A stretch of DNA of 64,000 bases from Candidatus Latescibacterota bacterium (GTDB lineage: Bacteria > Latescibacterota > UBA2968 > GCA-2709665): positions 704,001-768,000 of the forward strand of contig OZ242358.1 in assembly GCA_965208835.1 (NCBI GenBank), in the 5' to 3' direction. The position numbers were made by a program, and so were the translations under genes. Below are positions 27,911 to 36,553 of the stretch, one piece after another (position 1 is the stretch's first letter; every line of letters begins with the position of its first letter). Below the pieces are notes generated by a model that was given only the letters and a program-made list of their open reading frames with translations, made no database searches and was not told where the DNA came from.

Positions 27911-29896
27911 ATGGATCGATCCGGGGCGAAATCCCTTTCGGTTTCACGGTCAGCAAGAATGAGGGAAGGGATCACCCTCAGGTCGGTGGTTATCGGTGTG
28001 CTGGCCGTGGTCGCGATCAACCTCTGGGTGACCTACGCGGAGACAGTCGTACGCTCTTCCCGGCTAAACCTGAGTTTCTTTCAACTGACGCTGCTGAGCA
28101 TTTTCATCGCCCTTGTTGGCGGGGTGAACCCGCTGCTCCGGCGGGTCCGCCCCTGCGCCGTTCTGTCGCCTTCCGAGCTGTTGGCGGTGGCGGCGATCGG
28201 GATGGTGGGCTCGGTGGTGCCCACGTCCGGGGTCACCGGGTTCCTGGTGGGGGTGATCGGCAGCCCGATCTACTTCGCAACGCCGGAGAACGGGTGGGCG
28301 GAATACTACCACCCGCACCTGAAGGCGTGGATGGTCCCGTCCGACAGGGTTGCGCTGCGGGCGTTTTTCGAAGGCGGCGCGGTCGGGGTTGACGCCTGGA
28401 AAGCGTGGCTGGCGCCGTTTGCTTGGTGGGGCAGCCTGGTCGCGGCGCTCCTGGTGGGATCGGCCTGTGCGATGGTCATTCTGCGGAGGCAGTGGGCGGA
28501 ACACGAAAAGCTGGTCTATCCCCTGGCCGCGGTGCCGATCGAAATGGCGGAAGGCGCGTCGTCCCGAAGTACGCTTCCGGATTTCATGAGGGGTCGGCTC
28601 TTCTGGTTCGGGGCGGCATTGGCGTTCCTGCTTTTCGCCTGGCACGCGACCTCCTGGTTCTTCCACGGGATGCCCGGCATCCGGTTCTTTCCTCACGCGG
28701 GCTACTTCCGCTTCACGCGCTACTCTCCCGGCGTCTATATCCAGCCCCTGCAGTTCTACACCATCGGGTTCGCGTATTTCGCCAACCTGCAGGTGTTGTT
28801 CAGCATCTGGTTCTTTTTCCTGGTACACGTGGTGGAAGGCGGCATCTTCAACCGCCTGGGGTACCAGATCGAACGGTCCACCGATACCTTCAGCGCGGAT
28901 CCGCCCACCGAGGCGTGGCAGTGCTTCGGCGCGCTGGCCTGCCTGGTCGCCTGGCGGCTGTGGGTGGCCCGCACCCACCTGCGGGACGTCGTCCGCAAGG
29001 CGCTTCGGGCCGACCACCCGCTGGACGACGGCCGCGAGGTCCTGTCGTACCGGGCATCGGTCCTGGGCCTGCTGCTGAGCGCGATATATGCGCTGTTCTG
29101 GCTCCAGCGGTCCGGTATGGACGTGATCTCGGCGTCGATGTTCCTGTTTGCTCTCGGCATCATCTATATCGGACTGGCCCGGGTCGTGTCAGAGGCCGGT
29201 GTGGCGTACGCGCAGGGCACGGTGACGCCGCAGGCTTTCGTGATGGACCTGCGGGGTACCTACGGACTCTCCGGCGCCTGCCTCACGTCCATCGCGCTTT
29301 CCTACGCACTGATCGACTATATGCGGGGACTCTTTACACCCGGTCTGGCGCAGGCGGTGCGACTGGCGGACCGGATCCGCGGAAACCGGCGCCTCCTGCT
29401 GTTGTGCGTAACCGTGGGCGTGTTCGCGGGGCTCGTCTCATCGATCTGGTTTACGCTTCATCTGGGCCATACGCACGGCGCCTACAACTTCTCCCGGCTG
29501 TTCTTCAACGGGAATCCCAAGGCGGTCTTCTCCACCACCCTGGGACAGATGCGTACGCCGGGCGCGCCCGAGTTGAGCCGGGTGTTGTTCTTCGGGATCG
29601 GTGCGGGTCTGATGGCGGTGCTCACGTTCCTGCGGTACCGTTTTTCCTGGTGGCCGATCCACCCCATCGGACTGGCCGTGGCCGCCGCGGACAATGTGTA
29701 CAGCCTGGCGATGCCGGTATTCATGGCGTGGGCTGCAAAAGCAGTTGTCATGCGCGTTGGCGGGGTCGCCCTCTACCGCCGGTCCAAGCCGCTGTTCCTG
29801 GGTCTGCTGGTGGGATACACGGCGGGCGTCGTGCTCGCGTTTACGGTCGACGCCATCTGGTTTCCCGGGCAGGGGCACCAGGTGCACTGGTGGTAG
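27911..29896 (+). CDS. DUF6785/DUF6784-type multi-pass membrane protein (putative transporter), paralog 1
   Basis: About 660 aa with many TMs. GITLRSV.IG, YFATPENGW, ILRRQW.E.EKLVYPL, GF.YFANL..LFSIWFF, RYRF.WWPIHPIG, LYRR.KP.FLGL, C-terminal FPGQGHQVHWW. Confidence 0.8.
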   Translation: MDRSGAKSLSVSRSARMREGITLRSVVIGVLAVVAINLWVTYAETVVRSSRLNLSFFQLTLLSIFIALVGGVNPLLRRVRPCAVLSPSELLAVAAIGMVGSVVPTSGVTGFLVGVIGSPIYFATPENGWAEYYHPHLKAWMVPSDRVALRAFFEGGAVGVDAWKAWLAPFAWWGSLVAALLVGSACAMVILRRQWAEHEKLVYPLAAVPIEMAEGASSRSTLPDFMRGRLFWFGAALAFLLFAWHATSWFFHGMPGIRFFPHAGYFRFTRYSPGVYIQPLQFYTIGFAYFANLQVLFSIWFFFLVHVVEGGIFNRLGYQIERSTDTFSADPPTEAWQCFGALACLVAWRLWVARTHLRDVVRKALRADHPLDDGREVLSYRASVLGLLLSAIYALFWLQRSGMDVISASMFLFALGIIYIGLARVVSEAGVAYAQGTVTPQAFVMDLRGTYGLSGACLTSIALSYALIDYMRGLFTPGLAQAVRLADRIRGNRRLLLLCVTVGVFAGLVSSIWFTLHLGHTHGAYNFSRLFFNGNPKAVFSTTLGQMRTPGAPELSRVLFFGIGAGLMAVLTFLRYRFSWWPIHPIGLAVAAADNVYSLAMPVFMAWAAKAVVMRVGGVALYRRSKPLFLGLLVGYTAGVVLAFTVDAIWFPGQGHQVHWW

Positions 29897-30292
29897 CTGG
29901 AATGATCGAGCGACTTCCGCTGATTGTGCCTGCGCCGAGGTCTGGTCGGCAGGCAGGCCCCTCAGAAGTGGGTAGCCGGGAGACGTAAGACGGTAGAAGA
30001 AAGGCGGGTAGAGGTGAGAAAATCGGGTAGACGCAAGACGTAAGACGGTAGATGAAATCCTTGCCAGATGAGATATTCCTCCTTGCCTTTGGCACGATAG
30101 GAATCCTCACAAGGCAGGTAATCTCTCCCGTCTCCCGTCTCCCCTCTCACCAGGTGGTGGGCTGTGGTGTGGTCTTCTACCCTCTACCGGCTCCCGTCTC
30201 ACCGCTTTTGGTATACCCTCTACCCGCATTCAGGCTCATTGTGGCCAATTTGACTGTTGTCTTTTTTAATTTGAGGCTGATTGACGATATCC

Positions 30293-32263
30293 ATGGAATC
30301 ATCGCAGACACATACCGGGGAGCCACTGACAGAAGCCCCTCGGGATTTGCGAAGCGGAGTCACGCCGAGGTCCGTCGGGATCGGTCTGCTGATGGTGGTC
30401 TTCGTCAATTTCTGGATCCTCTACTCACTGTACCTGATCCGGGCTTCCTGGCTGCAGGTAACGCATTTCCCCATGGGGCTGTTCGTACCCTTCATGCTTC
30501 TGGCGCTGTTTGTCAATCCCGCGCTCAGGGCGCTCGGGCGCGGCAGGGGCCTGTCCCGGTCGGAGATTCTGGTGGTGGCCGCGATGGGGTTGACCGGTGC
30601 GATGGTACCGGGCTTCAGTCTGATGACCACGCTACTGGGAACCATCTCGGTCCCGTACTACCTGGCCACCCCGGAGAACCAGTGGAGCGCCTTCTTCCAT
30701 ATCCACATGCCGGACTGGATCGCACCGTCGAACCGCGGCGGCACCATGAGGATGCTGTTCGAAGGCCTCCCGTCGAAGGATGCTCCGATCCCCCTGGGCG
30801 CCTGGGCCGGGCCGCTGAGCTGGTGGATGGCCCTCGTGGGCGCTTTCGCCTTTGCTTCGATGTGCCTGATGGTAATTCTGCGCCGGCAGTGGGTGGAGTA
30901 CGAACGCCTGGTGTACCCGCTCGCGCAGGTGGCCGCGGACATGGCCGGCGATGTGCGGGACGGAGGCCTGTTTCCGGGATTCATGCGGACCCGTGCGTTC
31001 AAGTTCGGATTCGGGGCCGCCACCCTGGTGATGACCTGGAACATGATGTCGCATTTCGCGCCGGGGTTTCCCGAGATTCCGCTCGGCATCCCGTCGCGAT
31101 GGACCACGTTCTTCAAGGGATTTCCACCGCTCCACACGACCATCAATTTCTACACGATCGGATTCGCGTATCTGGCCAACCTGGACGTGCTCTTCAGCAT
31201 CTGGTTCTTCCACTTCATGGCGATGTGGGAGGTCTTCGCGTTCGGGCGCCTTGGGGTGGGCGGAATCTCGGGCGGGGCGGCCGTGTCGTGGCAGAGTATC
31301 GGCGCGCTGTGTACGCTGGTGGTGTGGGGGCTGTGGACCGCCCGGAAGCACCTGCGCCAGGTCCTCAGAGGGGCGCTCCGTCCGTCCGGCGACGATGCTG
31401 AGGAGATCCTGTCCTACCGGACGGCCGTGTCCGGCGCGGCGCTGAGCCTGATCTTCATCGTTGCGTGGTTTTATAATTCGGGCATGGGTCTGCTTCTTTC
31501 AACGGTGCTGGTTCTGTTGTTTTTCATTACCTACCTGGGCATCGCGCGGGTGGTGGCGCAGTCCGGCCTGCTGTACGTCAGCTCGCCCATGTTCCCGCAG
31601 ACCGCCATCCTGCGCACCGTCGGCCCGGCCGCGATTCCCGGCCGCGCGATGACCGCGCTGGCCTTTACCTTCGCCCTGCGAAACGACGGCCGGGGGCTCT
31701 TCATGCCCGCTCTGGCGCACGTGGCGAAGATCGGCGACCTGATCGGCGGAAACCGGCGGAGGCTGGGCCTTGCCATCGCGCTGGGCCTGGTCGGGGCCGT
31801 GGCGACGTCGGTCGGCCTGACGCTCTACTGGGGATATACGATCGGCGCGTACAATTTCGGGAGCATTGCCCTGCTCCGGCGGACGGTGCCCACCTTCAAC
31901 TCATTCGTGAGCATGATGTCCAGCCCGGACCCGGTGAAGCCTGAAGTTTTCGGGTATTTCGGGGCCGGCGGCATCGCGATGCTCGCGCTCACGTTTCTGC
32001 GTTACCGAGTACCTTGGTGGCCGCTGCACCCGCTGGGCCTGGCCGTTACCTGGTCGGGAATGACGGTGCATTCGGTGCTTTCGGTGTTTCTCGCCTGGTC
32101 GGTAAAGGCGATCGTGCTGAAGGCGGGCGGCGTTTTTCTCTACCGGCGTTCCATTCCCTTTTTCCTGGGACTGATGGTCGGATATGCGCTGAACGTCGGG
32201 GTATCGTTCGTGCTGGACATCACCTGGTTCGGCGGTGAGGGGCACGGTGTACATGCGTATTGA
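30293..32263 (+). CDS. DUF6785/DUF6784-type membrane protein, paralog 2
   Basis: Same motifs: YLATPENQW, ILRRQWVEYERLVYPL, WWPLHPLG, GEGHGVHAY. Confidence 0.8.
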   Translation: MESSQTHTGEPLTEAPRDLRSGVTPRSVGIGLLMVVFVNFWILYSLYLIRASWLQVTHFPMGLFVPFMLLALFVNPALRALGRGRGLSRSEILVVAAMGLTGAMVPGFSLMTTLLGTISVPYYLATPENQWSAFFHIHMPDWIAPSNRGGTMRMLFEGLPSKDAPIPLGAWAGPLSWWMALVGAFAFASMCLMVILRRQWVEYERLVYPLAQVAADMAGDVRDGGLFPGFMRTRAFKFGFGAATLVMTWNMMSHFAPGFPEIPLGIPSRWTTFFKGFPPLHTTINFYTIGFAYLANLDVLFSIWFFHFMAMWEVFAFGRLGVGGISGGAAVSWQSIGALCTLVVWGLWTARKHLRQVLRGALRPSGDDAEEILSYRTAVSGAALSLIFIVAWFYNSGMGLLLSTVLVLLFFITYLGIARVVAQSGLLYVSSPMFPQTAILRTVGPAAIPGRAMTALAFTFALRNDGRGLFMPALAHVAKIGDLIGGNRRRLGLAIALGLVGAVATSVGLTLYWGYTIGAYNFGSIALLRRTVPTFNSFVSMMSSPDPVKPEVFGYFGAGGIAMLALTFLRYRVPWWPLHPLGLAVTWSGMTVHSVLSVFLAWSVKAIVLKAGGVFLYRRSIPFFLGLMVGYALNVGVSFVLDITWFGGEGHGVHAY

Positions 32264-32282
32264 AAGACAGGAGAAGCGTAAC

Positions 32283-33536
32283 ATGCAGATGGGTCGATGG
32301 CTTTCGGTGGGCTGGTTATTCGTTTACGCGCTTGCCGCCTGCGGCGGGTCCGACGATGGATCGCCCGGTGAGAAGACGACGCTCAGAATCGCCTGGATGG
32401 GCCCGCAACGGGAAGCGTTCCGGGCGTGGAAGGAGGGATTCGAAGCGGAACATCCGGGCGTGCGGATCGAGCAGAGGTTCATCCCGTACGATCAGGGTCC
32501 AACGGTCTACAATACCATGATACAGGGAGGAACGCTTCCGGACCTCGGGTATCTTTTCATGGGGATGATTTCGGAGTACGCGGAGCGCGGGGTGCTGGAG
32601 CCGCTGGACGACTACATGTCGGCTGACGAACGCAACGCGTGGATTTCCACGGCTCTGAGCGCGGGCGAATACAGGGGAAAGACGTACGGGGTACCGCTGT
32701 GGGGCGCCAACCGGGTCCTCTACGCGCGCAGGGACTGGATGGAAGAGGAAGGGATAAGCGGACACCCCGAAACGTGGGAGGCGGTCCGGGACCTGGCAAT
32801 CAAGCTGAACAGCCCGCCCGAACGCTACGGGATCTGTGTGGGAGCGGGAAGGCCGAAACACCTGATGCAGGAACAGATCGCGATGATGTGGGGCTTCGGC
32901 GCCGACTTCTTCGACGGCGACGGCAGGCTTGCCATCAACAGCGCCGAGGCGGTGGCGTACGTGACGTTTCTCACGGATCTGCACCTCGTGGACAGGGCCA
33001 TGCCGCCGGGCATCCTGAATCTGAACGCGAATGATTGCTATGCAGTCATGGACGCGGGAAAGGCGGGTCTGACGTTCAGCGGGCCGTGGCAGTACGGACG
33101 GTGCCTGGATGCCGGAGTCGCGTGCGAGCCTCTGATGACGCCGGCGGGACGCGACCGGAAGATGCTGCTGATTCTGGATATTTTCTCCGTGTTCTCCACG
33201 TCGAAGCAGAAGGACCTGGCGTATGACTTCATCCGCTTTACGCAGCGGCCGGAAAATCGGGAGTTGATGGACGTGGAGAACGGGGGCGTGCCGGTGACCG
33301 GGACGGTGTCAGAGCACGCGTACTACAGGACGGTGCCGATCCGCAATTACCTGGCGCAGGCGGACCTGATCAAACTGACGCCAAAGCACCCGGAATGGAC
33401 GAAGATCCAGGACGGCTGGGGAGAGGCGATTCAGATGGTTCTGGCGGGTACGGCGTCTCCGCGTGAGGCGCTGGACAAGGTTTATTCGCGTCTGATGCGA
33501 GAACTGGAAGACCCGACGCTGCCCGGAGAGGATTGA
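32283..33536 (+). CDS. Sugar ABC transporter (CUT1) substrate-binding lipoprotein
   Basis: Lipobox ALAAC, FEAEHPGVRIE, LPDL, LEPLDDY, YRGKTYGVP, PETWE, SGPW. Confidence 0.9.
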   Translation: MQMGRWLSVGWLFVYALAACGGSDDGSPGEKTTLRIAWMGPQREAFRAWKEGFEAEHPGVRIEQRFIPYDQGPTVYNTMIQGGTLPDLGYLFMGMISEYAERGVLEPLDDYMSADERNAWISTALSAGEYRGKTYGVPLWGANRVLYARRDWMEEEGISGHPETWEAVRDLAIKLNSPPERYGICVGAGRPKHLMQEQIAMMWGFGADFFDGDGRLAINSAEAVAYVTFLTDLHLVDRAMPPGILNLNANDCYAVMDAGKAGLTFSGPWQYGRCLDAGVACEPLMTPAGRDRKMLLILDIFSVFSTSKQKDLAYDFIRFTQRPENRELMDVENGGVPVTGTVSEHAYYRTVPIRNYLAQADLIKLTPKHPEWTKIQDGWGEAIQMVLAGTASPREALDKVYSRLMRELEDPTLPGED

Positions 33537-33545
33537 GGAGGCCGC

Positions 33546-34412
33546 ATGGAGCGGGAGAAACGACGGCTGGCCTACCTCTACGTTGCCCCCGCGGCGGTGT
33601 GGTTGTTTCTGTTTATGGGGTATCCCATTCTGGACGTGATGGAGACGAGTCTCTATCACACGTCCTACAAGGGAGAGACGTTTGCCGGGTTAGGGAATTA
33701 CCTCGGACTCCTGCAGGACGATCTCTTTCTGCTTGTGCTGAAGAACACGGCCTTGTGGACGGCCCTGGCGGTTGCGATGAACGTGGGATTGGGTCTGGGC
33801 GTGGCGCTGTTGTTGAGCCGGGGGTCGGTTTTGAGCGAATGGGTCCGGGGCATGCTGATCCTGGCCTGGGCCATGCCGCTTGTGGTGGCGGCGATCACCT
33901 GGAAGTGGATGTACAACGGCGAGTACGGGCACCTGAATTCGCTTCTGCTGGGCCTGCAACTCATCGATGCGCCGGTTCAGTGGCTGACGGACGCTTCAAC
34001 GGCCTTTGCCGGTGCGCTGGTTGCCCGGTTGTGGACGGCCCTGCCTTTCACGACGTTCGCATTCCTGTCGGCGCTGCAGTCGATCCCCGGCGATCTGTAC
34101 GAGGCTTCCACGATCGACGGGGCTACGAAATTTCGACAATTCCGCCACATCACCCTGCCGCTCCTGCGTCCGGTTACGCTGGCGGTTCTGCTGGTCAGCG
34201 TGATCTGGTCCTTCAACAGCTTTGTCTTCATCTACGTTATTACGGCGGGAGGCCCGGCAAACCAGACCCAGATTATGGTCACGGAGATCTACAGGCGCGC
34301 GTTCGGCTATTTCAACTTCGGCCAGGCCGGCGCCCTCACCGTTCTGGCGTTCTTCCTGCTGCTTGGAATCAGTCTTCTTCAATGGCGGGTGTTCTACAGG
34401 CGGGAGGTATAG
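33546..34412 (+). CDS. Sugar ABC transporter permease (MalF/UgpA-like)
   Basis: EAA loop LQSIPGDLYEASTIDGA..FRHITLPLLRP and TAGGPANQT. Confidence 0.92.
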   Translation: MEREKRRLAYLYVAPAAVWLFLFMGYPILDVMETSLYHTSYKGETFAGLGNYLGLLQDDLFLLVLKNTALWTALAVAMNVGLGLGVALLLSRGSVLSEWVRGMLILAWAMPLVVAAITWKWMYNGEYGHLNSLLLGLQLIDAPVQWLTDASTAFAGALVARLWTALPFTTFAFLSALQSIPGDLYEASTIDGATKFRQFRHITLPLLRPVTLAVLLVSVIWSFNSFVFIYVITAGGPANQTQIMVTEIYRRAFGYFNFGQAGALTVLAFFLLLGISLLQWRVFYRREV

Positions 34413-35251
34413 TGGTGGGACCGTTCCGCGTGCGGCCAGCCGAAGTATTGCGGGCGCTTCTGATAGCGGGCGTCGCCGCCTTCGCGCTGTTTCCGTTTCT
34501 GGTGGTTGCGGGGACCTCCCTGAAGACGCTGGGCGAAGTGTTCCAATCGCCGGCGACGCTGGTGCCCAAGCTGTTTGCGTGGCAGAATTACGTGGATATC
34601 TTCGTCCGGATTCCAATGACCCGCCATCTGGCGAACAGTATGATTATCGCCACGGCAACCACGGTTCTGAATATTGCCGTTGCGACTCCGGCGGCCTACG
34701 CGATGGCGCGCATCAGGTTCCGCGGGCGCGGAGTGTTCGGTCTGGGCATCCTCGTGATGCAGATGTTTTCCCCCGTAATCGTTCTGATTCCGCTGTTCAA
34801 GGTGATGAAGGTGTTCCATCTTCTGGACACCTACAGCGGCCTGATTCTGGTGAATACCGCCGTTACCCTGCCGTTTTCAATCTGGATACTGGCGGGGTTC
34901 TTCAGGCACATTCCGGAAGAGCTGGAAGATGCCGCGATGATCGACGGCCTTTCCAGGACGGGCATGCTGTTCAGGATCGCCCTGCCGCTTACCGGGCCCG
35001 GGCTGGCGACGACCGCGATCTTTGCGTTCGTGACCGCCTGGAACGAGTTCATCTTCGCGCTGGTGCTGGTTTCCCGGAGGGAAATGCAGCCGATCACGAT
35101 GGCGCTCTATTCGTGGGAAAAGAACAACGTGGTGGAATGGAACCTGCTGATGGCGACCGCGGTGGTAGCGACGGTTCCCACCGTGCTGCTGTTTCTGCTG
35201 GTCAGGAAACGGTTGACATCGGGTCTGATGTCGGGAGCGGTGAAGTCCTGA
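34412..35251 (+). CDS. Sugar ABC transporter permease (MalG/UgpE-like)
   Basis: GTG start overlaps the previous stop after a GGAGG RBS. FFRHIPEELEDAAMIDG, AWNEF, SGLMSGAVKS. Confidence 0.92.
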   Translation: MVGPFRVRPAEVLRALLIAGVAAFALFPFLVVAGTSLKTLGEVFQSPATLVPKLFAWQNYVDIFVRIPMTRHLANSMIIATATTVLNIAVATPAAYAMARIRFRGRGVFGLGILVMQMFSPVIVLIPLFKVMKVFHLLDTYSGLILVNTAVTLPFSIWILAGFFRHIPEELEDAAMIDGLSRTGMLFRIALPLTGPGLATTAIFAFVTAWNEFIFALVLVSRREMQPITMALYSWEKNNVVEWNLLMATAVVATVPTVLLFLLVRKRLTSGLMSGAVKS

Positions 35252-35277
35252 GCGCGTTCAGGCCCCGCGTCCGTTTT

Positions 35278-36393
35278 TTATTCGGGTGTATCCCGGAGCA
35301 GCGCGGCTTCGGTCTCCCGGTCGAAGAAGTGGACGTAGGAGAGGTCGAATGCGAGCCGGACCTCCTCGTCCACCGAGGGGACGGGATCCGCGGTCACCCT
35401 GGCCACGCAGGAGGCGCGTCCGACGGTCAGGTAGAGCAAGGTCTCATGGCCCATCGGTTCGACGAGGTCGACATTCGCGGAGACGTTTTCTGATTCCCCG
35501 GGCCCGCGGGCTGAAGACGCGTAGTGGATGTGCTCGGGGCGGATTCCAAGGATGACGCGGCGGCCGATGTGCCCTGTCAGGCTGTCCCGGTGCCGGTCCG
35601 GTATCGGGAGGCGGAGGCCGTCTCGCCGGAACGCCAGGCCGGCATCCCGGACGAGTTCGCCCTCGAGGAAATTCATTGCCGGGCTGCCAATAAAGCCGGC
35701 GACGAACCGGTTCGCGGGTCTCCGGTACAGGTGGACCGGGGCTCCAACCTGCTGGATCCGTCCGTCTTGCATGACGACGAGGCGGTCGCCCATGGTCATC
35801 GCTTCGACCTGGTCGTGGGTGACGTAAATCATGGTCGCGTTGAGCCGTGCATGCAGCTTGCTGAGTTCCGTTCGCATCTGAACCCGTAGTCTGGCGTCCA
35901 GGTTGGACAGGGGCTCGTCGAATAGGAAGACCTTCGGCTTCCGAACGATAGCACGGCCAAGGGCTACCCGCTGACGCTGTCCGCCTGAGAGTTCCTTCGG
36001 CTTTCGGTGCAGCAGGTCCCGGATTCCCAGGATGTCCGCCGCCTCGCGCACCCGGTCGTCGATCTCCTCTCTGGGATATTTTCGCAGTTTCAGCCCGAAG
36101 GCCATGTTCCGGTAGGCGTCCATGTGGGGGTACAGGGCGTAGTTCTGAAAGACCATCGCGATGTTCCTGTCCTTGGGCGGAAGGTCGTTCGCCAGGCGTC
36201 CGTCAATGAAGATTTCGCCCCCGTCCGCCTCCTCCAGGCCCGCAATCAGCCGGAGCGTGGTCGATTTTCCGCATCCGGACGGCCCCACCAGCACGACAAA
36301 TTCGCCGTCCTCGACGCGAAGGCTGAAGTCGTCTACAGCGACGGTGTTCCCGTTGTAGATCTTTCTGGCGTTTTTGAGGACTACGGTTGCCAT
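35278..36393 (-). CDS. ugpC: Sugar ABC transporter ATPase (MalK/UgpC family)
   Basis: GPSGCGKSTT, VFQNYALYPH, LSGGQRQRVALGRA, FDEPLSNLD, YVTHDQVEAM and a TOBE domain. Confidence 0.93.
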   Translation of the reverse strand: MATVVLKNARKIYNGNTVAVDDFSLRVEDGEFVVLVGPSGCGKSTTLRLIAGLEEADGGEIFIDGRLANDLPPKDRNIAMVFQNYALYPHMDAYRNMAFGLKLRKYPREEIDDRVREAADILGIRDLLHRKPKELSGGQRQRVALGRAIVRKPKVFLFDEPLSNLDARLRVQMRTELSKLHARLNATMIYVTHDQVEAMTMGDRLVVMQDGRIQQVGAPVHLYRRPANRFVAGFIGSPAMNFLEGELVRDAGLAFRRDGLRLPIPDRHRDSLTGHIGRRVILGIRPEHIHYASSARGPGESENVSANVDLVEPMGHETLLYLTVGRASCVARVTADPVPSVDEEVRLAFDLSYVHFFDRETEAALLRDTPE

Positions 36394-36553
36394 CCCGACC
36401 CTTCCGAGGCGTGTGCCGCGATCGACCGGGTAAAGTAAGCACATTCTATCGCAATAACAAGCTCCCCGGGCTTCCTGCCGGCCTGGATCTCGCCGATGGT
36501 CCGGCCCTTCTGGCAGGCACGGACCGGGGTGTGATCACCGCATTGAGTCGGAC

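Noticed and set aside
28405-29988. 527-aa alternative-frame ORF within DUF6785 paralog 1
   Set aside because: Arg/Gly/Pro-rich off-frame translation that is not conserved in the paralogs.
33533-34411. N-terminal ~290 aa of the 572-aa ORF 33533..35251
   Set aside because: Out-of-frame overlap with the first permease. The real gene starts at GTG 34412 after a GGAGG RBS.
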